Shown here piece by piece: positions 12,640-26,175 of a DNA stretch of 64,000 bases. The stretch covers positions 14,074,001 through 14,138,000 of the forward strand of contig JBHGNT010000012.1 in NCBI GenBank assembly GCA_043228905.1, in the 5' to 3' direction. How positions within the stretch are numbered: the stretch's first letter is position 1; each line of letters starts with the position of its first letter. The stretch comes from Azolla caroliniana (Eukaryota > Plantae > Polypodiophyta). The notes under the pieces were generated by a model. It did not search any database and was not told the DNA's origin. It saw only the letters and a list, made by a program, of their open reading frames with translations. Made by a program: the position numbers and the translations under genes.

Positions 12640-15510
12640 CAATGCATCATGGTGTCTTCTCCATGTCGAAAGATGAATCGGAGGATACATCATGATCGTC
12701 CAATGCATCGTTTGTATTTGAGGATGAATTGGAGATTCCTTTTGAGTCATTAGATTCCGATTGTGAGGATGAGGCAGTCGATCCCTTCATGTATTGTTCC
12801 CCCAGGTATTTTGCATTTTCAAGAGGTTCGTATAATTTGATGGTTATAGATTTATTGGGACACGTTAAGGTAACATTGAAAGCATTACGTGATGTCACGA
12901 GGGGAGCACCTCTTTCACTTCATGCATGGAGGTGCATGAAGAGTCATCGCATACTCAGGAATGAAAGTGCAATTTACCTTAAAGCATCACCTAATCTTCA
13001 AGTATTATACGTCGAGAAATGAAGGGAAGTAGTATTAGCGTCACATGGTGACACATCCCATCACTCGTTTTCAAAGACTCTTAAAGAGTAAAAGCTAGTT
13101 TATGCGACTGATGTACGTGATTATGGCATCCCACCGGAGTACGTAAAAGCACTCATTACAAGTTGTGGTTGCCAAATGGTATCGAAGGTCGACCCGATAG
13201 AAGGTTTGGGATCAAGCATGGCCAAATATAGCAAGACCCTACCCATAGAAGTGATCAAGGTAGAAACCCACCAGTTAGATGATGTGCTCACAAATTTGCA
13301 AACCAAGTACCACACACGTTTAAGGAAAGGAGTCAAGAAGGGTATGTGTGTGACTAGGTATAGTTGCCATCATGCTAGGACATCTCGACTTGCATCTAAT
13401 TCCACTCGACAAAGCAGGTGCACACCCCGATGTGGGTGCACATTCCATGTGGACGTTAGAATGAATGACGGTGTTGACAATGAGACACTTACCATTTCAA
13501 TATATGGATCTCATAGTGATCATGTACCGTGTAGTAGGTCGGATGTGTACCATTTGCTAGTACACCCCAATGTCATAAGTTGTTGCAAAGATGACCTATT
13601 TGATGTTGGGTGTGTGCAAGGCATGTGGCACAAATGAGCATAAGTAAGGACACATATCATAAGTCCAAGGCTAGTCCATTAGAGCTTGTTAGCTATATGT
13701 TCTTTATGATACCAAAGGAGGTCCATAACATGGCAAATAGGTTAAAATTCGGGAGTGCCATGACTAAGGTTGATTGGGCTTTGATGATGCAAGATGCCTA
13801 TGCACTTCGAGATCTTGGGAAAGTGGTTCATGTTCAACCCTACATGCTTGGTGAATCAAGATCTCCCATCAAACAACCATTTATCTTGATACTTCAAGAT
13901 CAATGGATGTTGGAAATGTGTGAGCGGTTGACCCTAAACAACTCTTGGGCAATCGACTTGACATTTAAAACAAACCAATTCGGGCTACCATTATATGCAG
14001 CAGTTGCCCCCAATGCCATGGGAATTAGGATCCCATTATGGTACATGCTTTGTAGTTCTGATAAGGGGTCAAACCATGAGCAAGTCGCATTAGAAACTTG
14101 TTTGAGAGTCATATTCGCAAGGATACCCACGGTGAGGCCAAATGCGATAGTGATTGATAAATGTTGGACATCATATAATGCCATAACTAATGTGGTTGCA
14201 ACAGACCGTCAATCTTGGATTGTTGTAAATGGGCAACCGTCGCAAACACATTGTCGACTTCTGTTGTGTCAGTTTCACGCCAAAAAGTCATGGGTGGACA
14301 ACTTGTTGCCAAAAGTAAGTGCAACTCAGAGAAGCCATCTTTATCAACGAATGTGCCAACTGATGCAATGCATTACTGAATCCACATTCAATGCGATGTG
14401 TGAGGAGTTAAAGGTAGAATATGCAAACAAGCCCAGTGTTTGGCAATATATAGAAGGAGGATTGTGTGGTCTGACATGTGTGTGGAGGAAACTCTGGCCT
14501 AAGTTTGGTAGAATGTTCAACTATGGACACGTTGACACTACCAATATTGTGGAAAGACATTGGCAATTTATCAAGTATACTGCCTTGAGAGGAAGAATAA
14601 ACCGATCAATTACCGACCTTCTGCATGTCTTAATTGGGGACAGTGAAACTGGCACTTGCATAGGAGGAACGGTAATAGAGTGGTACAAGCAACGACAATA
14701 AATATGTGAGAGTGGTCGGTTTGCACCCTGTGCGAATTGTAGGGATCAAAGGTCCCAACTTAAAGAAGCGGAGAGAATATTGGAAAGGTATGTCGACAAT
14801 ACTTCCACAATGGAAATTGTCGACGAGGCCCGATATTGGTTTAGAATCTTGAGCATGAAGACTCCCACTTTATGGTATAATGTCTCACTCCAATGTTCAT
14901 ATTGTGATTGCCAAGACATTGCGAGTAAATTTAAGCATTTACTCAGTATCCGAATGATTATTGAGAGGCATATACGCGACCCAAATGCAAATGGACCATA
15001 ATACAAAAATAGAAGTGGAGGCAGAGGTAGAATGAGTTGAGGAGACAAACCCCACAACATCCGAGATTGAATCATTCAATTCCAAAATACAAACGGTTGT
15101 GAAAGCACTTCAATGTCTCGAGCAAGGGTTAGGAACCTTCGACCGTGCAACTATTGTTGAAGGTATACAAACATTGGAAGACGTGGCTGAGAAGCTGTAT
15201 CGCGTTGGTGCACCAAAATCAACCAATGAAAAAGATGGCAGATCAATAAGTCACAACCAACAAATCGGTGCCAAAAGAAGTGCAACAATAGACATCTCGC
15301 AAGAACTTATTGGTGCTCCCCAAACACTTCCAAATCCCACTCCGGAAAACTACAAAGAGGTGCAAGTCGGGCTAGGAGGCGATTGCCAATAGGTGACCAT
15401 GAGAAGGTTTGGTGTTTGCGTTGCGATGGCTTGACCTTGACTTCAAGGGACTCGAATGTTACATGTTGTAAAATTTGTGGTTGCATCTTGCAATCATCCC
15501 AACATGAGCC
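12640..15510 (+). pseudogene. MULE (MuDR-type) DDE transposase with N-terminal zinc-binding domain and SWIM finger
   Basis: YSCHHAR...RCGCTFHV...HSDH; WAIDLTFKTNQFGLPLY (D), IVIDKCW (D), CQFHAKKSW, TTNIVERHW (E); SWIM-like YCDCQD...KHL. Several stops and frameshifts. Confidence 0.88.
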
Positions 15511-16087
15511 ATAATCTTAATATGTAACGTGTATATTCATATTTCATTTTAGGGTTGTCAACATTTGACGTTTTAATATTTTATGTAAGACTTGTTATTT
15601 GAATCTTTAGGTTTTTTTGAGAAATTTTATGATCATTTTCATGGAAAATATTTGTTGTACACTTACTATTTTTTGGAGTTTTTGATGTTTGTTTTTAAGT
15701 CGGGCTCCTTCCCTGAGTTGGTCGGGCTCCTGATGACAAAGGTTGTCAAACAACGGGGCTCCTTTTGACAGAGTCAGGCTTCTTCTTACTGATGCTGTCA
15801 GACAACGGGGCTCCTTCTTACTGATGCTGTTAGACAATGGGGCTCCTTTTGACAGAGTCGGGCTCTTGTGTATAGAGGTTGTCTGACAACGAGGATCCTT
15901 TTGACAGAGTCGAGCTTCTTTTCACAGAGTCGGGCTCCTGGTGACAGACGCTGTCAGCTTTTTATCCATCTTGGACGGTGGAGATCGAACGCGCCATCAA
16001 CGGTGCGACCTGCACCGTCCCTCTCCGCGATTCCCTCTCACTTGCCCTCTTAAATATTTGGTAGTAGTTAGTCACGAGCGTGCGTGC

Positions 16088-16288
16088 GTACATACATACA
16101 TACATACATACATAACATACATACATACATACATACATACATAACATACATACATACATACATACATACATACATACATACATACATAACATACATACAT
16201 ACATACATACATACATACATACATACATACATACATACATAACATAGATGTTAAACGAGATGTTAAACGAGCTTCGTTTCCTCTGTTC

Positions 16289-16320
<32 letters not shown>

Positions 16321-16362
16321 AGAAGAAGAAGAAGAAGAAGAAGAAGAAGAAGAAGAAGAAGA
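16088..16362. repeat. Compound microsatellites (TACA)n, (GA)n and (GAA)n immediately upstream of the SerRS start codon
   Basis: (TACA)n 16088-16244, (GA)n ~16293-16320, (GAA)n ~16320-16362. Confidence 0.97.
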
Positions 16363-16363
16363 C

Positions 16364-19300
16364 ATGGCGGCATCTCTGGCGATGGAGCATTTCCTAGCCA
16401 GAGCCCTGCACCAGCGGCGCCTCAGCCCTGCTTTCAACAGCATCCTCCTCTCCCAGAGCAGACGGAAAAGAAGCTATGCGCCATCGCACCAAAGGCTATG
16501 GTGCAGGTCTCTTTCTGTCGTGGCAAGCTCCCTAGCCACAGAGATCCCCTCTGCCTCTCTCTCTGGTATGTTCATCCTCTTCCTCATCCTCGTCTTTTTG
16601 ATGATATTTTTTCTGCATTTTTCTTGTTTCCCTCTATTCCCTGCAAAATGAAGAGAAAAATAAGAGTCAATGAATGGTAGAGAGGGGCTCTATCCCATTT
16701 TTTGCAGCACTTGAGGAAAAAGGTTGAGAAGCCTATCCATGCCTTGCCTGGTATTCCCGGCATCCATATGCTAAGGATCATGATTGAAAATTCAATTCTA
16801 TGGTTGAGAAGATGCTTGCTGAATAAATGCTTTTTCTCAATTTGCCACATTTTCCTTTGGAATTCGACAAAAAATGCGCTTCCATTAGACAAGTTAATGA
16901 AATTGTCACCTTTCAATTCTGATTTCATTGTGAACTAATTGGTCTAATTTCCATATTTTTTATACTAATCAGGATCATTAAAAGAGAGGACCAAGAATAG
17001 CCAAGTTTGCTTAACATTTTGAGTGATGGAAACATGCTTAGGTGCAGAACTGTGAATAGTGAAATGGGAACTATTACCCATTTGCAATATTAGACAGAAC
17101 ACAGGTCTGTTTATAGCGAGCTTAGTGTTATCAAATTTCACATGCAAAAGCTCACGATTTGGAATATTTAAGGAAATGAGAGACATATGGAAAACATGCC
17201 CGAAACATGAAAAGATTCAGAAATCTATCTTCCATGTCTAGCTGTGTTTTTCACCACATTCACATACAAAAGAGTCATAGCGTTGAACTTTGTGGGGACA
17301 TTTGTCCCATATGGAAGCATCCATAAAACCGTCTAGCTGTTTAGAATCTAACAAACGTTTGTGATGTTGGAACAGTAACAGTAGAATTTTATAGAAGCGT
17401 GAGATGAAAGGGAGACACTTTCTTATAAAGAAAGAAGCCTAAAACTTGAAAGGAGAATGCAATAGCTTACTTTTTTTTTGATGCTTTTGCATGTCTCACA
17501 TCCAGGGGCAACTGAACAACCAGGGCAAACCTGGAAAGCTAGCTTGGATTTCAAATGGATTCGAGATAACAGGGATGCTGTTGCACAGAATATCCAAAAC
17601 AGAAATACATATGCGAATGTCGATTTGGTTGTGCAGCTCTATGATAAGAGTCTTGCATTAGGACAGGTATCATTTATTTTCTTGTTGTGAATATTGTTTC
17701 TGATACCTAAGACTTAATTGAAGGTATGCCTCCATATCACATGCAATACCACATTTATTTGCTGACCAGATAGATTAAATGCTGTACACATCTCATGGTC
17801 ATTGTGAGTCCTTGACATTGGATGTATATGTGATGAATCACTATCTTCAAAGATGGGATCATATCCCTTTGGTAGCTTCGGTGTAGTATTGGTCTTGACT
17901 TGTTCTGTGTCATATGGTGTGTGTTTTTGCCAAAACCAAGTTTGGAATAAAGAATCCAATTGTCACCTGTGACAAGAAATCTATGTAACTAAAGCAGATT
18001 ATCATCTTTTGCCTTTTCAAATTAGAGATTGATTACCAAAACCTACTCCAACTTCATGGAGGACCCTGAAACACAAGTATTTTTCATAATTGTCACAGGA
18101 ACATCATTGTTACTGTATAGGACATGATTCCTCCTTTTGCAGATGTGCATTAGGGGTATGCAAGCCCCTTTGGCATGCTAGGACGTTATGTATGCAATTA
18201 TACATGATACACACTTTCAGTGAAAGACAATACTTAAGGACCTGGTTGAGGCACTAGAAATTCTGGTAAGAAGAGGAGGAGGAAGTAGAATAGTAGTAGA
18301 TCATAGAAATGTATTAGAAGATTTAGAATTGATAGAATATCCCTTGCTCTAGCCAGCCAAGTTTTCATTTGCTTATTGCCGTGCTTGGGTCTCTCAAGGC
18401 CATTCCTGTATCCATGTTGCCACAAAGTAGCTAGGTTTCTGGTGAAAGCACTTTATGCTCCACAATTTGGTGTTCTAACTCCAGGTAAACTAATCAGAGT
18501 GCTTTGCAAGTTGGATCATGGAAGAGATGGTAGCTCATTTCCATGATAATAATTTTGATTTGGCTTCTGCTCTACATATCTAACTCCGCCTTACATCCTT
18601 TAACAATCGTTGATATAAATCTAGGCATTTTAGCTCATAGTTGTCTGAAAGAAGAGCCAATGCTAGAAGAATGCCGGATTTCCATCCATTCCACGTTTGT
18701 GTCCATTTACTAAGGTATTGAGGAGGTTTAATCAACTAAATCTGCTACCTATTCTCCATTCTTCACCTTGAAGCTGTATCTCACGCTTTGTGAATTGTGT
18801 TTTTATTATGAATACATACTTTTGAAAAGTGTGATTAGGCACTTAATAGGCCCGCCTTTTGCAATTTTCTACTAGATTTTGTAATTATTGCAGCTTTTAT
18901 AGACTCTGTTAGATTTTGTATTGCTTTAGAATTAGGTCACCCAGAAATCCTGATGGACTCTGCGCAGATAATTGAAGCCGTCTTATATGCAAGAAAAAAA
19001 CAGCACTATAAGCTAAGTTCATTATCAAGATGCTTGAACCTTTTCTCAAGCCCTTTTCTTTTCTCTGCAAGTTCTCAATATTCTACTCTTTTATTGACAT
19101 GTGCTCTTTTTTCTTTGACACAAGAAGTTCTTGCACCTTCTTTGTTATAATCATATACGAAATTTCATGTCTGCGCAAATCCATCTCGACTGTCTTCAAT
19201 AACTGCTGTTGTCCCTGCAAAAGCACCAAGAAAGCCTTTCTCGTTGATGCAAAACATGTAATGTTTTAGAAAACCAGGCTCACGCCCAAACTTAAACTCA

Positions 19301-22300
19301 GTTCTTCATTGTCTATATGCTATTTTTATTTGGATGAAGAGCTCCAGAGGCCTTCCTACACTATATCTTTTGTTGCGATGCAAGGGATGTACAACTTTTA
19401 TCCGTTCTCGGGTGGATAGATCCTCAACATGGGCTCAGCCCCACCCCATAGATCTCAGTCGATCTCCTGTGGACACTAAAAAGATATCTACCTACATGTT
19501 TCTTTCTGTCAAAACTGTAGTCAAAGTTCTTTTTGAAAGATAAGTAATTGCTCTTATGCAGAGTCTTCTGAGGGTTTGCCAGTTTTTGGAACCTAAGTTT
19601 TGCTGTAGCTTTTGATTCTGTAGAAGAGGGCAGCACAGTGCCTACATAAATTGATACAAGTCTCATCGTTGGTTTCTCTGTAATCTCTTGTTTGGTCTTA
19701 TAGGTCATTTTGTCCTGTTAAGAGAAGTTAATATATAACTTTCTTTCTTCCTGTAGTGGCATTTAAGTCTAGTGCATTATGCCTTTGTAGTCGTTGTATT
19801 ATATGTAATATGATTTTTCATGCCTCTTATTGAAAAAATATATATGACACTGTTACACAACACAGGAAGTCGAAAATATGCGAGCAGAACGAAATCGGGT
19901 TGCAAACCTTATGAAAGGAAAATTAGAACCAGAAAGGAGAAATGAATTGATAGAAGAAGGTGCATTTTCCTTATTGTCCTTGTTGATTGGGTTGATAATA
20001 TTACATGATTCCATCCAAAATAGTCATAAGGACTATTAGCAGACTGAGTTTCAGGCAAGAGGCTCAAGGACATTTTAGCTGGCCTCGAGGCTGAACTTAC
20101 AGTGTTATCTGAGCAACTTCAAAGAGAAGGACAGAGAATACCCAACATGACACATCCAGATGTTGCAGTGGGATCAGAAGATGCAGCAACAATTCGGAAA
20201 GTGGTAAGATGAATTACTCTCTTCAAAGCATTGTAAAAGATTTTGAGTTTGTAATCTTAGATTAAATAGATGCTGGCAGGTTGGAAGCAAGCGTATATTT
20301 GACTTTCCGGTGAAAAATCATGTGGAGCTTGGTGAGGCCCTTGAACTTCTCGATTTTGAAGCTGCAGCAGAGGTATATCCTATTAAGCTAGATTTAAAAA
20401 AAAAGAAGTCTTATAAGCCTTGTGTTCTTGAAACTTTAGGTTAGGTGCTGGTTAATGTTATTAGGTGGCAAATGACATATTTTCCACCTTGACGTATGGA
20501 GTTTAATGTAGACAATTTTAAACTTTTCTGTCTTGCATTAACGTATTTTCACTTGTCCTAAGGTCAGTTCTCGTTGAAGTAGTTTTTCTTTTCTTAACAT
20601 GAGGTAACTGATTCAAAACCCAATAATCAGGATATAAATATACGCACTTGATAAATTTACTAGGTGATGCAATTGCATAGGCTAGTCCTTGATATGTGAA
20701 GTTTCTATTGAAAGAGAGATGATGATGTGATGGTGTGGTCAGATTCAAAACACCAAGGGAGTGAGCTGCTGTGTGAGGAGAGAGAAAATAGAAAAACTGT
20801 GCAGAAAAACGGAGAGGAAACCCTAGACGCTAAAAGTCCCTTATCTCATTATGAGAGGTTTGGGACCAATTATTATTCATAAGTAACTTTTAGGTCATTT
20901 TGGCATGTTCATACGGCCAATGACCAAAAGTTACAAAAATAATGTAAATGCCTATAACCCCTCAAATTGGGGCCAAAGATATAGTAAAACTATGTCTACA
21001 AAGCTCTCGAAGAGAGCTTTTACATGGAAGGGTCAAAATATACTAAAACAGGAGAGTCCTTGGGGCCTTTGTCCCCTACATGTATAGAATATATCTAGAT
21101 TTTCTTGCATATATCTAGATATAGTAAAAGTATGTCTACAAAGCTCTCAAAGAGAGCTTTCACATGGAAGGGTCAAAATATACTAAAACAGGAGTCCTTG
21201 GGGCCTTTGTCCCCAACATGTATAGAATATATCTAGATTTTCTTGCATATATCTAGCATGTCTTTTTGGTTTTTTAAAGGGTAGCCATTGTTCCTAGGGG
21301 TATTTATTTTTCAATTAACTTGAGGTAATTCATTAACTTCAAGAATCCAGGAGGCAAATATGACATATTTGGGTAGTAAACCACTCACAGGACTACAACC
21401 ACATTAAACCAAAGAATAATTAAACTTCTCACATTTGTAATCGTAATATGCCAATTGCATATTCTACACCCAAGATATTGATACTGATACACAAACTAAG
21501 TTGATGCAGTCTTGTTGTATTTGCAGGTTACAGGCACAAAGTTCTACTACTTGAAAAATGAGGGAGCACTTCTAGAGATGGCGTTGATTAACTGGACACT
21601 TTCTGAGCTCATAAAGAGGGGGTTTACACCCTTTAGCACACCTGATCTTGTTCGATCTTCTGTTGTAGAGAAATGTGGGTTTCAGCCTCGAGGTCAAAAC
21701 ACACAGGTTGCTTTAGAAATCTAAATCACTGTAAATTATCTGCTCAATCTTGTATTATTAAATACTCAGATGTTTTTTTGACAGGTTTATTCAGTGGAAG
21801 GCACTGATTTGTGTCTTGCAGGAACAGCAGAGATTCTGATGGGAGGTTTATACATGGATCGGATCATCGAAGAAAGTTCTCTTCCATTGAAGCTAGCTGC
21901 ATTTTCACATTGCTTTCGTACTGAAGCTGGTGCTGCAGGATCAGCAACTAGGTTTCATTTAATATGTTTTAAGTTTTATAGGAGGTATATACCTCATAGT
22001 TTGTTTTGTATTTACCAGAGTACCCCAAAAGTTTCAAACTTCACCAGAATAGCCATGCAATTGTAAATTTTATGCTATATAGGGGTAGTCTTGTAATTAT
22101 AAAACAAGGGGTATTTTGACGTTTTTCTATATTTCGTGAAGGCATCAAAATGATGAATGTGTCATCAACATATAGGTGCTTGATGTTGATATCTTAAATA
22201 TTTTTTTAACAGGGGTCTTTATCGAGTACATCAATTTAGCAAATTGGAGATGTTTGTGATTTGCAAGCCAGAAGACAGTGATTTATTTCATGAAGAGGTT

Positions 22301-23604
22301 ATTTCAATTGAAGAAGAACTCTTTTCTTCTCTTGGGCTTCATTTTAAGTAAGTTCAAACCTTCTAGATTATGTTTCTGGCTTTGTAGTCTATTTAAATCT
22401 AGGAATAATACTCTTCTTGTCATTTTGATATATGAATTGTTCTCTCTATTGCGTAGTTATGCTGATGCAGCAGTACGAAAAGGAAAAATAGAGATCATAA
22501 TTTTGAAGATTCTCTTAGTTGAGCTTTTGATCTTCTGTAGTAGATATAATATCATCATATTCCCTGCAGGCATGGTAGTAATAGCAGAGGCACTTAGAGT
22601 CAGTTTATCAATATTCAAGTTACAATCTAAAATAGCGCCTTTTCCACTCTGATTTTCATACTAATTTATTATCTTATGTGGACATGAAGCATCAACTACG
22701 GTAATGATTAAGGCTTTAGTGCTTGCAAATTCACTGCTCAGATTTCTCAACACTATCTACTCTTTTCTTGCAGTTATTTTTGAGAAATTAACATAACTTT
22801 CTTTCTTTTCCCTCTCTATTCAATCCTTGTTTATTCCATGTTTTTCTTTGATGATTCCGTATCTCTTCTTGAAGGCAAAAAGTGATTTAATGAAGTTGAC
22901 ATACAATTCCCATTACCCTCCTTGTGTTAATAGGTTTAAACATTTTATTCGAGTAAATCTTTCCAATTTTCTAAGATACGCACAATGATTGAGTGATCAA
23001 GTTCATGATCTTGCTCTTGATGGTCTAAGAGCGGGTCCTTTCATGTGCGTGCCAATGAAAGATTAGAAACATTGGTTATGTTGGGGGCAGTGATATAATG
23101 AAACCAAGCATGCTGATGGTAAAATTATGATAATTTACCTCCAGGACTCTAGATATGCCCTCAGGAGATCTTGGAGCACCTGCTTACAGAAAGTATGATG
23201 TAGAGGCATGGATGCCAGGGCTTGATCGATATGGTGAAGTATGCAAAAAAACCAAACCAAACTGTGTATTCATACATATGTCAATTGTGTTTATCATCTA
23301 GAGTGTTGAGGTTTCTTTCTTCTTGCAGATATCAAGTGCATCAAACTGTACAGATTATCAAAGCCGTCGCTTAAGCATACGCTATCGCCCAGAAAGTGAT
23401 CCTTCTAACAAGAAAAAGAAGGCCTCGCCATTGCGATTTGCACATACACTCAATGCCACTGCATGTGCTGTTCCGAGGATGATTGTGGCAATCTTGGAGA
23501 ATTTTCAACAACCAGATGGTTCTGTTTCCATACCCAAACCATTACAACCTTTTATGGGCGGTTGTGACATAATTAAAGTCAAATCTCGACCATCCCAAAG
23601 ATGA
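16364..23604 (+). CDS. OVA7: Seryl-tRNA synthetase, chloroplast/mitochondrial type (OVA7-like), 10 exons: 16364-16565, 17506-17666, 19866-19959, 20055-20203, 20280-20372, 21527-21706, 21785-21951, 22213-22347, 23145-23238, 23329-23604
   Basis: Exons splice in frame at GT-AG sites. Transit-peptide-like N-terminus, then [87 protein letters not shown] and [12 protein letters not shown]. Confidence 0.95.
20980..21257. repeat. ~140-bp tandem duplication in SerRS intron 5
   Basis: ATAGTAAAA.TATGTCTACAAAGCTCTC...ATATATCTAG occurs twice. Confidence 0.85.
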
Positions 23605-25163
23605 AGCACTAAAACAAGATGAATACCATATTTATCCATGTATAACATGCCATTCTTTTTCTTGGATAAGTTAATCTGTAATTCTTTCTTTGATGAGAGA
23701 TCTGAGTCATGCATTATATAGGTTGTGCAAATTTGGATTTTCCTGTACTTTGCTTATCCCATGATGGCTTACTTGAACATATAAAGGGCGTAATGCTCAT
23801 ATGCTCACAATGCACTCTTGAACTACTAGGCTTCGTCATCTTCTCCCTCTTGTCAGAGATGTCTTCATGAAGAGGTTGAGGGTAACCTGCTTTGTCCTAT
23901 TTGTATCTATAGAATATTCCCAATTATGGAAAATGAGGAATTCACTTTGCATGGCCTTCGATTTTTGAACATGATGTCGTGCTTATGTGTTCATCGTGTT
24001 ATGTGATTGAGTGTCAAGAAAGCAAGAGCTATACTGAAAGGCAACTTATTAAATGGGTATCTGTTTATTGTGGTTGAGGGTGAGGATCAACATAAAATTG
24101 TCTTTGTTAACGGTTTTCAAATCTCATGATGTATGTAAGCCACATTATGCATTAGAGAAAAGGAAGTAATATAATTGTCTGCGAAAGGTCAAAATGACCT
24201 GGAACATGCTAGAGCATGTGCTTTACTGTGTGATTGAGCTCTATGAGATGCATGTGGGTGGAATTGCACCAATGAAGAAGTTTGTGATTGGTTCTTTGCC
24301 TGGGTTAGGTTATTTCATCTTTTAGCAGTTGTATTTCGTTTATTCTGAGAAAGTGAAACAGACATCGACACATTAAATAAGATTCCATGAGGCCACTGTG
24401 CAATCTGAAGTATAAAACTACATCGCCAGAGTGTCTAACACCCTGTACACTGTGCAGCTGGCGATCACTGATGTATTCAATATGGTATCCTCATGTACTT
24501 CTAGTAAATGGGCTCGTTCACTTTTGTGTGTATCAGTTGTATCAGTGTAGATAATAAGGTCTCAAAATTTGAGACATGTCAATTAAGAACATATCACTCT
24601 TTTCTTACTACAAATGGTACTTTTCTTGCAAATGGTGGTTGACACTTCAAATTGCATTTCAAACAAAGAAAGGCGCAAATGCTTCAAAGTTTTTCTTCTG
24701 ATATTTTCAGCTTTGCCATAGAGTTTGATTTTTGATGTTTCCAATGTAGTTAAAGTTCACTTTGATTGTAACCATGTATAGCATGCACTATTGAGCATTC
24801 ATTCATACGCTCAACAATAAAAACTTGAATATAAATGTTTGGGAAAGTAGTTACTGCATGGATTTCTTGAAGAAATTCTCTCATGACCTCTTGGGATTTG
24901 AGTTGGTGTGGTATGCTTGCAAAAAAGGGCCTTGGGATAGTCACAGAACACTACCAAGAAAAAATATAAGCACACTCAATCAATCCATGAACTTCTGATT
25001 TATAAACGAAAGAGGAAAGTAATCAATGGAAACAAAAACTTCAAATCTGTTAGACATAGATAGGCAGATAAATTATCAAAGACAAAAATGAAAGATATTT
25101 TTATCATTAAAACTTCTATTGTCATCGGACCTTCGAATGGCAAGCTTAGATATGGAGGGTTTA

Positions 25164-25577
25164 TTATGGAATACTCTGTGTGGGTGAGACACATATACAA
25201 ACACCAATGATGATAAGTGTGATTCCTAGAACAGTTCTCACACCATCCATCTTCTCTCCAAATGCAGCCCCAGAAATAGCCGTGGCTCCGAATGTAACTG
25301 CATTTGTTACCGGTACCGCAAGAGTGATCGGAGCATCATTTAGCTTCATAAAAAAGAGGGCCGATGCTGACAAGTTTATGAGAAAAGGTAGAGAGTATTG
25401 CCACACACATAGCATAACAATCCATTCATCAACATGAGCACGGATACCTTTCGCTTTTGGGGCGTTTGTTGTTTTTTGCTTCAGTTTTTGTTTCTCAGCA
25501 ATTGTGGCTCCTCTTTTTATCAGAGCATTTGTGAGGCCCCATACACATCCGATAGTAATGAGCCAAATGAGAACCAT
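25164..25577 (-). CDS. TMEM234: Transmembrane protein 234 homolog (EamA/DMT-like small membrane protein)
   Basis: GCVWGLTNALIKRG...WQYSLPFLINLSASALFF...APITLAVPVTNAVTF. Single coding exon, with a probable 5' intron at 25640-26687. Confidence 0.88.
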   Translation of the reverse strand: MVLIWLITIGCVWGLTNALIKRGATIAEKQKLKQKTTNAPKAKGIRAHVDEWIVMLCVWQYSLPFLINLSASALFFMKLNDAPITLAVPVTNAVTFGATAISGAAFGEKMDGVRTVLGITLIIIGVCICVSPTQSIP

Positions 25578-25989
25578 GATGACTCCCTTTAGTGAAATGA
25601 TCAATCAACCAACTTACATTAATGTTTTAATGTACCTAGCTGTGAGAGAAACATAAGGTTAGTCTACTAATACATTTTTGTGAACAGACTCAAAATTTAA
25701 TCATGGCTACAATGAAAGAGGAAGAAGGGGCACTATAAAGAGCTTATATACTTCCATAAGATTTGTTTGCGTAGAGTAGAAAGTCCAAGCTAGAATGTAG
25801 AAAGATGGGGCATGTTTGTAGATTGGCATCAAATGTTAGGCTTCTCTACCTTGACATATCTCTCTGGTATGCCTCTTTTTAGTCAATGCAAGCAATGGAG
25901 ATCAAGAATCATGTGTGTAGTTTTATAGATTAGATGCATGCAATTGAGTAAACAAACAAATGAGCAAGAGATAGTGAAAGAACAAAAGT

Positions 25990-26175
25990 AAATACTACAT
26001 TCTCATAATGTAAACACAAATTCAATGTACACCAATACCATGGTTTTTAGCATCTCGTCTACAGAAGGAAAGATTTTATAAATACTACATTCTCATAATG
26101 TAAACACCAATTCAATGTACACAAATACCGTGGTTTTTAGCATCTCGTCTACACAAGGAAAGATTTTATAAATAA
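25990..26175. repeat. ~90-bp tandem duplication in the TMEM234 5' intron
   Basis: AAATACTACATTCTCATAATGTAAACAC...GGAAAGATTTTATA occurs twice. Confidence 0.85.

Larger units (their letters stand above)
6300..15980 (+). mobile_element. Large Mutator-like (MULE) DNA transposon region carrying a Ulp1 protease gene and a transposase; boundaries approximate
   Basis: GGAGCC(C/T)GACT motif clusters at ~6350-6410 and ~12150-12270 (forward) and ~15700-15940 (inverted). Weak end similarity between GTCCAATGTGGATG (~6303) and reverse-strand GTCCAAGATGGAT (~15970). Encloses MULE DDE and Ulp1 coding sequence. Confidence 0.6.

Noticed and set aside
15941-16443. ORFs with MYVC, poly-S and poly-F runs
   Set aside because: Translations of microsatellites.
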